Positions 16,357 to 25,620 are shown, numbered from the stretch's first letter. The stretch is DNA of 36,302 bases from Cyanobacteriota bacterium (GCA_041170505.1 JBEAYS010000015.1:1-36302), one strand, 5' to 3'. Numbers and translations: made by a program. The notes: generated by a model not told the origin, from the letters alone.

Positions 16357-16951
16357 TCGCTTTGTTAATTAAACCTATAATTTGTGCGTGCAGATCTTCT
16401 TCTGATAAACCATCTACTTCAATCATCCGCACTCTAGTAGGGTTTTCGCGGGCTATAGTCTTATAACCATTTCTAACTCTAATAAAAAATAATTTGTTTT
16501 CAGATTCAAGGCGATCCGTTTCTTTAGTTCTTTTTAAAGCTTCAGTATCAGATACCATCAGCATAATAGTTAAATCAGGCTCAACACCTTCACAAACCAA
16601 AGCATTCATCATCTTGATGGTTTTGATATCTATACCGCGTCCGTAACCTTGGTAAGCTTCAGTACTGTCAGTAAACCTATCACAAATCACTAGCTTGCCT
16701 TCTGCCAAAGCTGGTTTAAGCAAGGTAGCCACATGATCAGCCCTATCAGCCAGATATAACATCAGCTCTGCTTTATCAGATATAACTTCTTTATTATCGA
16801 GGACTATATCGCGAAGCCTAGATCCTAAGCTGGTAGCACCTGGATTTCTAGTAAAAACCCAATTAAGACCACGATCCTCAGAGTGCTTTTTAAGAAGTTT
16901 GATTTGAGTGGTTTTGCCAGCTTTATCAGGGCCTTCGATTGTTATAAACAT
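16334..16951 (-). CDS. tmk: Thymidylate kinase
   Basis: It carries the P-loop MFITIEGPDKAGKTTQ, then TRNPGATSLGSRLRDIVL and the DR...S motif. The length is 205 aa. Confidence 0.92.
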   Translation of the reverse strand: MFITIEGPDKAGKTTQIKLLKKHSEDRGLNWVFTRNPGATSLGSRLRDIVLDNKEVISDKAELMLYLADRADHVATLLKPALAEGKLVICDRFTDSTEAYQGYGRGIDIKTIKMMNALVCEGVEPDLTIMLMVSDTEALKRTKETDRLESENKLFFIRVRNGYKTIARENPTRVRMIEVDGLSEEDLHAQIIGLINKAIESQYAK

Positions 16952-16963
16952 TTAGAACTCTTA

Positions 16964-17422
16964 TTAAGCGGCTGAAACTCTGATTTTGATTCTAGATTTT
17001 ACATTTGAACCAAGATCAAGTTCTATTTTATGATCGCCAGTCTCTTTAATAGGGTTACGTAAAACAATATTGTCTTTTGTAAGCTGAGTTTTGAAACTTT
17101 GATTAATAGCTTCTGCTATTTTTTCTTTTGTAACAGCACCAAATAATTTACCAGACTCTCCAGCTCTCGCTTCCATGTTTACAGAATTATCTTCGCCGAT
17201 AATATCTCTTGTCTTTTCAGCGGTAGCGCGCTTAACTTCTGCTTGCTGTTCAAGATCAGCTTTTCTTTGCTCGAATGCTTGCATATTAAATCTGTCTGCA
17301 ACTACTGCAAGTCCTTTAGGGAGTAAAAAATTTCTCACATATCCAGGTTTTGCTTTTCTTAATTGACCAGCTTTTCCGGCCTCAGAATCTTCTGTTAGTA
17401 TCACTTCAATAGGTCTTGCCAT
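16964..17422 (-). CDS. rplI: 50S ribosomal protein L9
   Basis: The N-terminus ...EVILTEDSEAGKAGQLRKAKPGYVRNFLLPKGLAV is characteristic of L9. The length is 152 aa. Confidence 0.92.
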   Translation of the reverse strand: MARPIEVILTEDSEAGKAGQLRKAKPGYVRNFLLPKGLAVVADRFNMQAFEQRKADLEQQAEVKRATAEKTRDIIGEDNSVNMEARAGESGKLFGAVTKEKIAEAINQSFKTQLTKDNIVLRNPIKETGDHKIELDLGSNVKSRIKIRVSAA

Positions 17423-17512
17423 AAATATCTCCTTGAAAATCCCAATTATATCATGTAAAGACCATTGGTTTATCAGTTAGAATATTAAAACGATATAAAG
17501 GAATTAGAAAAA

Positions 17513-18799
17513 ATGTCAAATAAAAATAACTCAGAATTTCTGCCACTTTTAATTGCAGTCGCTTTTGCCTACTTCGCTTTTGGAGCTATCACCAATGTAG
17601 CAGGCGCAATAATACCCAAGATCAGGGATTCTTATCAGGTCAGCGCTTCGCTATCTGCTTTTTTAGCGGCGACATTTTTTATCGCTTACGGACTTACTTC
17701 TATTCCTTGGGGTATGTTTATGGAAAAAAACTCTAAGAAGACTACCCTTGTAACCAGCTCAGTGATTACGACTCTGGGAGTTTTACTCTTCGCTGGAATT
17801 CCTGGCTTCGTGCCAAATATGGCGGCTATGTTCTTATGCGGAATTGGAATTACCGGAGTGCAAGTGGCTCTAAACCCGCTTGTATCCGAGATTTCAGACC
17901 CACAAAAATACTCTCGCAATTTAACAGCGTTTATGGTGATTAACGGAGTTGGTAGCTATCTAGCTCCCCAACTAGTTACCCTTATAAAAAATCAGGGGTT
18001 TGATTGGACTGTGACCTATTGGGTTTTTACTGTGATCGCTATCATCATGACTTTGGCTATTGCTATTCCTAAGTACCCTATTAAAATCGCTGGCGATATA
18101 GACGAAGAAGCTCGCGCACTAGATGCCGGCAATATTAGTGCCTCAGCCATCGAAGAAGCTCGTTACCACCAAGCTCTAGGACCTAAAAAAAATCTTACTC
18201 TTGATTTGCTTTTAAAAAATCCTTTGATTTATTTGTATGCTGTTGGAATATTTTTATATGTCGGAGTAGAAGTCGGGGTGGCTAATACTATTGGTTTTTA
18301 TCTCCAAGACAAGCTTGTTATCAATTCTGTTTTAGGTGATGGGGCTGAAGCCGCGAAAAATACAGCTATCAGTAATTACTGGGGAGGCTTATTATTAGGG
18401 CGTTTGGTGGGGTCTTTTGTACTGGATCGCATTCCGGGCAAAACAGCAATTATGGTCTATATTTCTCTTGCTGGTCTTAGTCTATATCTAGTTATGAACG
18501 GTGATTTAAATCAAGCTCTGATGGCTTTTCCAGCCATTGGATTTTTTATATCGATAATGTTTCCTACGATTTATAGCACTGCTACTAATAGCTTTACGCC
18601 TGAATATTCAAGTGCGATTTCGGGAATACTCTGCACGGCTATTATCGGCGGTGCTGTAATTGGACCTGCGATGGCTTACATAGCAGAAATCAGCCAAGGC
18701 TCAAACGCTGTGCCTAACTGGGATGCTGGCTTAATGCTTGCATTTGCTTGTTATGCTTATATTTTTGCAGTAGGATTTTTTGCACCTAGTAAAAAATAG
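17513..18799 (+). CDS. MFS transporter (FucP/glucose-galactose-type sugar permease-like)
   Basis: About 12 hydrophobic segments are present. The N-terminal FAYFAFGAITNVAGAIIPKIRDSYQVS resembles FucP-type MFS, and there is a central hydrophilic loop. Confidence 0.8.
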   Translation: MSNKNNSEFLPLLIAVAFAYFAFGAITNVAGAIIPKIRDSYQVSASLSAFLAATFFIAYGLTSIPWGMFMEKNSKKTTLVTSSVITTLGVLLFAGIPGFVPNMAAMFLCGIGITGVQVALNPLVSEISDPQKYSRNLTAFMVINGVGSYLAPQLVTLIKNQGFDWTVTYWVFTVIAIIMTLAIAIPKYPIKIAGDIDEEARALDAGNISASAIEEARYHQALGPKKNLTLDLLLKNPLIYLYAVGIFLYVGVEVGVANTIGFYLQDKLVINSVLGDGAEAAKNTAISNYWGGLLLGRLVGSFVLDRIPGKTAIMVYISLAGLSLYLVMNGDLNQALMAFPAIGFFISIMFPTIYSTATNSFTPEYSSAISGILCTAIIGGAVIGPAMAYIAEISQGSNAVPNWDAGLMLAFACYAYIFAVGFFAPSKK

Positions 18800-18802
18800 T
18801 TT

Positions 18803-21595
18803 TTATTTGGCTTTTGCCATCGCTGTAGCTTGGTTTCTGTCAGGAGTTTTTTTGTTTTGTTCTCTGAGCTTATAATACTCGCCGTGCCTACTAAGCTTAT
18901 TAACAGCGGAATCATCGACGCCTACTTTTAACTGCTCTCTAATTCCATGTAAATAAAGTCCATTAGCTAGGTTATATAATTCAGCTCCTATAGTTGTATG
19001 TTGGCAAGTACCAGTAAGGGCTATCATCCAGCCAGCGATAGTCTGGAATAAACCAGATTTTTCTGGACTATAGTTTTGTTGCTTTTTAGCGACATCAGTA
19101 AACACACGCGGGTCACCAGCTTGATCTTGGTGAACTAGCTTACCAGCTGTTACGATACCAAGTGCTGGAATTATATTCGCTAAATTAGTGAGGGCTTTTT
19201 GAATTATGCCTGCACCCGGGATAAAGCTTGCCAAAGTTGCTGTTAGAGCGGTTCCTAAAGTAGCCATACCAGCAAAAGCATAAGTGTTAGCTTCAAAGAC
19301 TTCAGCGTAAGGCTTGCCACTATTTTTTGACATCTTAATTCTGCCTACAGGCTTCAGACCTATTAAATTTCTAAGTGCATGCTCTCTAATTTCTGGGATA
19401 CGCACAAAATCCCAAGCAAGCTTAACGCCTTGCTTAAACTGAGCTAAAGTAGCGACCAAATGCTTACCACCAGGGATTTTGCCAAGCATGCCACCAAACA
19501 TTTCATTAGACCAGCGTTCAATTTCATCCATGGTTTCTTTGGTTAATTTGGCGGCTACACCTTTTTTTTCGTAATAAGGGACTGCATTAGGATTTTTACT
19601 GAATTCAGCTTTTACAGCTTCTTTGTCTTGAAAATCATCTAAATTATAATTGTCTCTCATGGCAAGCTCATTACCGCGACCTATCAAAACCACATTAGAT
19701 AAGGCTCTTAGAATTCTACCGACGGAATTAGTCTGTTCAAAAAAAGTAGAAGTAAGCCCGAACATCTCACCGATAAACTGCCAGTAAAACTTATGAGACG
19801 AAAGATACAAGCCTCTAGATACACCAGACGCTATATTATTCACACCATAAGCCACTCGCTGAGTGAGTTTAGCCAAATTACCAAGAGAACCAAAGCCAAG
19901 AGCATCAGCGATAATCCCCACAGGAGCCGCTCCTATTAAGGCTTTTGAAATATAACTAAGAAGTACATTAAAAGTATGCCCAGCATGTAAGGGATCTAGA
20001 GCCTTTCCAATAACTGGGATAGATTTGATGAAAGGGAATTTATCAAGCAGAGATTTTTCATAAACCTGCCCCTGGAGTGCTTTTTCACCGGCTTCACTAA
20101 TAGGAGTTACCAAGGATTGTTTGCAAGTATTTTCAAGCACAGTCTTAACCCAATCTTGATTTGGATTTAGTTCCATACTAAAGTTGTTATCACCAGCAAA
20201 AAACTCTGAGAATATCGCCGCGTTAAAAGCGTTATTTTCGTGAATATTACTACATTTAAGGATTTTACTTGAATAATCTTGTTTAAAGAAATCTACCCAA
20301 CCCTTCACGGTTTTTATATCACCGTTAGAATTCATCTGGTATTGAGTCTTACCATCATGACTATCGGCGATTTTAGTAAGCGCAAACTCGTGATGTTGGT
20401 TTTGCTTACTAGCTAGCAGTTCTATCATTTTTTCAAGAACCGATGTCTCAGACATCAAGCCTCTTACAATAAAACCAGCACCGCCCAAAAGCAATGCCTG
20501 AGCGACTAAAGCCGCGTCACTACCAGGACTATCACCAGCTCCAATCACGAAATATTTATTTTCTTTATTTAGACGCTGAATATCAAAAACATCAGCTTTA
20601 GAAGTATTTGGAGCAATTTCACAATAAGGCTGTAGGTTTTCGACTACGTTAATAATTACATGTTCTTTTTTTGGAGGCTTAATCTTTTTATTTTTTAACT
20701 CATTTATTAAATCAGTAAGATCTTTATATTTTTTATCAAAATTTTCAAAATCGACATGTGAAACATCATATTCATTTATAGTAAATAAATCCGTGCCTTT
20801 GGGAATTCCTAATTCTTTTTCAGCCCACTCTTGCGCTTCTGGACTTCTAGTAAACCTTGCTAATGTTTTATAAAACTCTAGTTTCCTATCATCGCGTACT
20901 ATATTATCAGAGTCAAAAGCATGCGGAGTCAAGCACATCAAAGCACCAATGCGCAATTTATTAGTTAGCTCTGCTTCAGTTGCTGGAGGATTTTTAGGAT
21001 CGTAATAAGTGCTTGGGAGCTTTATCCCTGAAGCGTTTAATTTTTTAAAGAATTCAGCATCCGTAAACTTTTCATCGCGGTGTTTTTCTACCAAGCTAAT
21101 ATATCTAAAAAAATCTTCTGTTCTAAATTCAGGATGATCTATAAAGACCTTAGGGACTGATTTATACTCAAGTACTTTTAGAGGTTTGGATTCTTGCTTG
21201 TTAGCGACGATCTCTTCTATCTTAGACAAGAAGCCATCTGGCGCGTCAGGTAGCTTGATTTGATTAAGTTTATCAATTAATCTTCCATACTTAATTGCTT
21301 GAGGAGAAATCTGAAGAGTGCCTACTCTAGGATCATGTCTAACAGCGGCAGAGAGACCATTGATGACAAGAGTTTCGTATAAGCTTTTGGATTCTGGTGT
21401 ATCAATATCATGAATACCAAACTCATGAAGCAATCCAGAAATTTCGTTAGGAGAGCGAGGATTAACCCAGTTACCTTTACCATCTCTAAATTTAGGACCT
21501 TCAGTACCGACCAAGCTCGGACCTGGGAATGCTCCAGTACGAGCGGTGTTCACTTCAAAATATCCACCGATTTTTTTGAAGGCGGCAAGTAGCAA
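18803..21595 (-). CDS. Large orphan protein (930 aa from the TTG start; the frame stays open upstream to 22075) with C-terminal Gly/Ala-rich hydrophobic helices
   Basis: This is a very long ORF with no family I recognise. The C-terminal half contains ALIGAAPVGIIADALGFGSLGNLAKL, AFAGMATLGTALTATLASFIPGAGII...IIPALGIVTAGKL and GLFQTIAGWMIALTG. The true start is probably upstream (see findings). Confidence 0.8.
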   Translation of the reverse strand: MLLAAFKKIGGYFEVNTARTGAFPGPSLVGTEGPKFRDGKGNWVNPRSPNEISGLLHEFGIHDIDTPESKSLYETLVINGLSAAVRHDPRVGTLQISPQAIKYGRLIDKLNQIKLPDAPDGFLSKIEEIVANKQESKPLKVLEYKSVPKVFIDHPEFRTEDFFRYISLVEKHRDEKFTDAEFFKKLNASGIKLPSTYYDPKNPPATEAELTNKLRIGALMCLTPHAFDSDNIVRDDRKLEFYKTLARFTRSPEAQEWAEKELGIPKGTDLFTINEYDVSHVDFENFDKKYKDLTDLINELKNKKIKPPKKEHVIINVVENLQPYCEIAPNTSKADVFDIQRLNKENKYFVIGAGDSPGSDAALVAQALLLGGAGFIVRGLMSETSVLEKMIELLASKQNQHHEFALTKIADSHDGKTQYQMNSNGDIKTVKGWVDFFKQDYSSKILKCSNIHENNAFNAAIFSEFFAGDNNFSMELNPNQDWVKTVLENTCKQSLVTPISEAGEKALQGQVYEKSLLDKFPFIKSIPVIGKALDPLHAGHTFNVLLSYISKALIGAAPVGIIADALGFGSLGNLAKLTQRVAYGVNNIASGVSRGLYLSSHKFYWQFIGEMFGLTSTFFEQTNSVGRILRALSNVVLIGRGNELAMRDNYNLDDFQDKEAVKAEFSKNPNAVPYYEKKGVAAKLTKETMDEIERWSNEMFGGMLGKIPGGKHLVATLAQFKQGVKLAWDFVRIPEIREHALRNLIGLKPVGRIKMSKNSGKPYAEVFEANTYAFAGMATLGTALTATLASFIPGAGIIQKALTNLANIIPALGIVTAGKLVHQDQAGDPRVFTDVAKKQQNYSPEKSGLFQTIAGWMIALTGTCQHTTIGAELYNLANGLYLHGIREQLKVGVDDSAVNKLSRHGEYYKLREQNKKTPDRNQATAMAKAK

Positions 21596-22298
21596 GCGTA
21601 AATAATATTTATCCTGAAGCGAACCGATAGAACGCGAGTTCTCTACTTTTTGGGAAGTTTTGAATGTAAAAGTACCATCAGCATCAGTCGATAAATAAGG
21701 TAACCTTCCTATTGATAACTGATTTAGGTAATAAATTCTTCTTGCTAAATAATTTTCTTTTATTAGTTCGCGAGCGGCTCCCCAGGCATTAGCGTAAATC
21801 TGATCAGGGATTTTGATTTGGGATTTATCGAGCTTGAGTAATTGCTTAGCTTTTTCAATGATTCTAGATCGCGTCCAAACTTGTGCTTCATGATGTTTAT
21901 TTTTTTTGGCTGAATCTAAATTTAAAAATGGCGAGCCTGAAGCTATTGCCGGCGAAGACTTAATAGCCTCTTGTAAGAGTTGAGGCGTCTTTGATTTATT
22001 TTTAGTTTGTACTGCTACTGCTATAGTAAAAACTCCTTTGTTTTTACCTCGGGGACTGGGCCACTGATTATTAGACTACCAAAGTTTGAAAACTTAATGA
22101 ATCTGTATTACAACCAGCAGGAAGATTATATCCTTTTATTAATACACATTCATGGGTGAATACCCCTAATATTAATAAATTTTAATTTAAAAACTGCTTT
22201 AACTTTTGGTTTTCTTAAACGGTTTTAATTTTATTAAATTTGGGAATAATGTACTTGTTGAGAGCTAAAATAATTTAAGGATTAAATTAAGGATAAAT

Positions 22299-22790
22299 AT
22301 GGAAAACTTCTATACTAAAGTTATCAATCCTTGGGTTTTAATTTTTGTTTTAACTCTCTCTTGTTTTAATATAAATCAAGTTAGTAGCGGATTAGTTACA
22401 GCTAAAATTTACGCCCGTGATCTTGCCCTTGCTGAGTCTACTCTTAATGAAGCTGAAAAAACTATGCTTAGAATGGGTCTTAAGCGGAGTCATAATGTAA
22501 GATACTCAAGGGCTTCATGGTACGGAAAATACTTTCACGGTCGTCAAACAGCGACACAAGAGCTTTTTAATAGACATTTAATTACAGCGGCACATAAGAC
22601 TTTGCCACTGGGCACTTTTTTATTAGTTACTAATCTTAATAATCAAGAGCAAATTGTGGTTAGAGTAAATGATAGAGGACCTTATGTACGAGGCCGCGAG
22701 ATAGACCTCTCTGAGGGAGCTGCAAAGCTTCTTGGCAGTCACGATGGCGGAGTCATAACCGTCAGATACGAAGTTCTAGTAGAAGCTTAA
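22299..22790 (+). CDS. rlpA: RlpA-like septal ring lytic transglycosylase (double-psi beta-barrel domain)
   Basis: ASWYGKYFHGRQTATQELFN...TAAHKTLPLGTFLLVTNLNN...VVRVNDRGPYVRGREIDLSEGAAKLLG matches the RlpA DPBB signature. The N-terminus is hydrophobic. Confidence 0.85.
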   Translation: MENFYTKVINPWVLIFVLTLSCFNINQVSSGLVTAKIYARDLALAESTLNEAEKTMLRMGLKRSHNVRYSRASWYGKYFHGRQTATQELFNRHLITAAHKTLPLGTFLLVTNLNNQEQIVVRVNDRGPYVRGREIDLSEGAAKLLGSHDGGVITVRYEVLVEA

Positions 22791-22921
22791 TTTTTTGGGC
22801 TTTTTTGGGCCGCACTTACCGTTTCCACAAAACCGAGATAATTCCGAGACACCGCAGTTCACTTGGCCAAAATGTGGATGGTGAGCGATGAGTAGTAACA
22901 CAGTTATGGCGCGATCGTTAA

Positions 22922-23055
22922 CGATTCGCTGAAAAACGAAGTTTTTCAGCGAATCCGCCTAACAAAAATATTAAGGATCCACTCCCTGAGCCAAGATCCC
23001 TTCTTGGCTCAGGGTTGAAAAATCGTCGAAGATGCATTTTTCAGTGGATCCTTAA
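22922..23055 (+). repeat. Copy B of the ~134-bp palindromic MITE/REP-like element
   Basis: It has a perfect 15-bp hairpin (22923-22937 / 22941-22955) and an outer stem GGATCCACT (22975-22983) / AGTGGATCC (23043-23051). That outer stem encloses a 13-bp hairpin (22984-22996 / 23002-23014) and a 7-bp hairpin (23017-23023 / 23036-23042). It is flanked by TTAA at 22918-22921 and 23052-23055. Confidence 0.8.
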
Positions 23056-23092
23056 GACAAGTGTAACTTGTTTTGGAAAAACCAAGAGCAAG

Positions 23093-23857
23093 TTAGAGGT
23101 TATCGATAAGGCGAGTAGTACCTATCTTTCCAGCGAAAAAAACCCTGTCCCAGCGCTTTTCAAGGTAATCAATATTAAAACCAAGCTCGGTGAGCCTCTT
23201 GCATGCGGAGTCTACTGAAGTGTTAGAAGTTTTTATAGCTGTTAGTTCTTTATAGATATTTGCAGTAAGAATTTTTTCTGAGTCGCTTAAATACTGGTTT
23301 CTAGAGCTCATGGCTAATCCAGATTCTTCTCTGATGATCGGAGCAGAGATGATTTCAACAGGAAGATTTCGCTCCTGGACCATAGATTTTATTATGAGTA
23401 ATTGTTGAAAATCTTTTTCTCCAAAAATTGCAAGATTGGGTTTAATCTGCTGAAATAGTGCATTTACTACCGTCACAACTCCATCAAAATGTCCGGGGCG
23501 CGCTAGCCCGCAAAGACAATCAGCGAGCTCTTTATTAGCTTGCAATAAAACTGGTGGAAAAGGATACATCTCTTCTACACTGGGAGCCCAAACAAAATCA
23601 GGATTTAGTACTTGGAGTTTTTCAAGATCGCTATCTAGAGTGCGAGGATACTTAGTAAAATCCTCTCCAGGAGCGAATTGTAAGGGATTTACAAAAATAC
23701 TTACCCAAGTTATATCAGAAATAGACTTCGCTATTTTTACTAAGGATAAATGCCCGTCGTGGAGGGCTCCCATAGTGGGCACGAGAGCTACCCTTGAGTA
23801 AGGTTCGTAAGACTCTCTTGCTGATTGAAGTTGGGCTTGAGTATGCAGTACTTTCAT
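23093..23857 (-). CDS. panC: Pantoate--beta-alanine ligase
   Basis: The VPTMGALHDGHLSL (HIGH-like) motif, FVNPLQF and GEKDFQQ are present. Confidence 0.92.
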   Translation of the reverse strand: MKVLHTQAQLQSARESYEPYSRVALVPTMGALHDGHLSLVKIAKSISDITWVSIFVNPLQFAPGEDFTKYPRTLDSDLEKLQVLNPDFVWAPSVEEMYPFPPVLLQANKELADCLCGLARPGHFDGVVTVVNALFQQIKPNLAIFGEKDFQQLLIIKSMVQERNLPVEIISAPIIREESGLAMSSRNQYLSDSEKILTANIYKELTAIKTSNTSVDSACKRLTELGFNIDYLEKRWDRVFFAGKIGTTRLIDNL

Positions 23858-24945
23858 CGAGTATAAGATTTAGGTAAACGAAGATTAAGAGAGCAAGCTA
23901 ATTCATAAGAAATAGTATCAAGCTTAGAAACCCAGTCAGCAAGCGGGATATGCGGACCTATTAGCTCCACAATATCACCTGGCTTAATAAGGTCTGAATT
24001 ATCTTCTAGATCAAACATCATCTGATCCATAGTAATCAAACCGACTTGTTTGATTTTTTTGTTTTTGCAGTAAGCATAAATTTTATTTGATAGGGCTCGG
24101 GGCACGCCATCTGCGTATCCTAAAGGTAGAGTCGCTATGCGTGTATCGTGCTTGGCAAGCCAGGTACGCTTATAACTCACACTTTCACCTTGTTTTATAT
24201 CTTTTATAAAACTAATGCGAGCATAAAGGGACATCATCGGCTTTAGCTTAGGATTTTCTAGTCCATAGAGCTCAATTCCCACTCGGATATAATCAGCTTT
24301 TAGATTAGGTACACTTCTAAAAGCAGGGCTGGAAGCGGGGTGTAGAGGATAATCTAAGCCCTCGGTCATAGATTCAAACTCTTGTTTTTGATAATTAGAA
24401 TATTCTAAATCAGACGGATCAGCAAAATGAGAATAAAGAGACCTGATCTTAACATGGCTCAGTGACTCAATCTCAGAGAGCTGATCACGAAAATCTGCAT
24501 ATTTCTTAAAGCCAATTCTGTTCATGCCTGTATCAATCTTAATATGCAAACCCACTTGCATATTAAGCTCTTGGGCTTTTTGATTTATTTTTATGGCAGA
24601 CTGAAGATCTCCTACCGTCAGTTCGATATTATTTTCCAGAGCCGAACCTAAAGACCAATCAGGACTAATACCAAGCACTATAATCCTTTTAGCGGTTGAT
24701 TCTCGCAGGATCAAAGCCTCATCAATACTAGCAACAGCATAAGCAAGAACACAATCATAAGTATCTAAGACTTTTACAATGACACTAGCTCCGTGCCCGT
24801 AAGCATCAGCTTTTAGGACAGGTATAAGAGGTTTATTAAATTCGCTATAAATGGCTTTTAGATTATATTCTAAGTTATCAAGGTTAATTTCCAGCCAAGC
24901 ATCTCGGCGGAATCTGTTTAATTGCTGGGGTCTAAGCTGAACCAT
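23854..24945 (-). CDS. alr: Alanine racemase
   Basis: It carries the PLP-lysine motif VLKADAYGHGA. AWLEINLDNL lies at the N-terminus and the C-terminal beta domain is present. Confidence 0.92.
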   Translation of the reverse strand: MVQLRPQQLNRFRRDAWLEINLDNLEYNLKAIYSEFNKPLIPVLKADAYGHGASVIVKVLDTYDCVLAYAVASIDEALILRESTAKRIIVLGISPDWSLGSALENNIELTVGDLQSAIKINQKAQELNMQVGLHIKIDTGMNRIGFKKYADFRDQLSEIESLSHVKIRSLYSHFADPSDLEYSNYQKQEFESMTEGLDYPLHPASSPAFRSVPNLKADYIRVGIELYGLENPKLKPMMSLYARISFIKDIKQGESVSYKRTWLAKHDTRIATLPLGYADGVPRALSNKIYAYCKNKKIKQVGLITMDQMMFDLEDNSDLIKPGDIVELIGPHIPLADWVSKLDTISYELACSLNLRLPKSYTR

Positions 24946-25620
24946 CTAAACAACCGTATTCAAGTCTATCACACCAGCAAGATCCTTCTCCGAAAAATCC
25001 GGCCACAAAGTATCAACAAACACTAGACGCGCAGAGGCTAACTGCCAAAGCAAGTAATTACTGAGCCTCTTATCTCCGCCAGTCCTAATCATGATATCGG
25101 GATTAGGGATACCGTCAGTGTAGAGATAATTAGAGAAGCATTCATTATCCAAAGTCTCTACTTGATTAGGTTTCAAACTGTTTTTAATATTATTAGCGGC
25201 ATTTAGAATCTCAGCGATAGAACCATAATTAAGAGCGATTTGAAGTTTAGTGCCCGTATTAAAAGCGGTTTGATCTTCAAGATTCTTAAGATCTTGATAG
25301 ATATTCACGTTTTGAAATGCAGAAATATCACCAAGAAATTTCACGCGCACGTTTTGAGATTTTAGGCTAGAAAGCTCACCAATAGCGGCTTGGGCAAGTA
25401 GTCTAAATAAAAAATCTAATTCTGTTTTTTCTCGCTTCCAGTTTTCAGTAGAAAAAGCATAAACAGTTAAATATTCAATATCTAATCTATGACAGAGTTT
25501 GACAAGATTTTTTAGGGATTGAACGCCAGCTCGATGACCTTCGATAGTAGGAAGATTACGAGATTTTGCCCATCTTCTATTACCATCCATAATTACTGCT
25601 AAGTGTTTGATTTTTTTCAC
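24946..25620 (-). CDS. uppS: Undecaprenyl (isoprenyl) diphosphate synthase, cis-prenyltransferase
   Basis: Motifs HLAVIMDGNRRWAK, YAFSTENWKR and IRTGGDKRLSNYLLWQ are present. Confidence 0.92.
   Translation of the reverse strand: MKKIKHLAVIMDGNRRWAKSRNLPTIEGHRAGVQSLKNLVKLCHRLDIEYLTVYAFSTENWKREKTELDFLFRLLAQAAIGELSSLKSQNVRVKFLGDISAFQNVNIYQDLKNLEDQTAFNTGTKLQIALNYGSIAEILNAANNIKNSLKPNQVETLDNECFSNYLYTDGIPNPDIMIRTGGDKRLSNYLLWQLASARLVFVDTLWPDFSEKDLAGVIDLNTVV

Noticed and set aside
22776-22901. 41-codon minus-strand micro-ORF (GTG start) in the GC-rich spacer. It encodes VLLLIAHHPHFGQVNCGVSELSRFCGNGKCGPKKPKKLSFY, which has three Cys.
   Set aside because: It has no Shine-Dalgarno sequence and a GTG start, and its end overlaps the rlpA-like gene antisense. 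The evidence for coding is too weak. It is mentioned only because the region is compositionally odd.
23015-23218. 67-aa ORF starting inside MITE copy B and running into the 3' end of panC.
   Set aside because: It begins within the repeat hairpins, overlaps panC antisense and has no SD. It is an artefact of the open frame.
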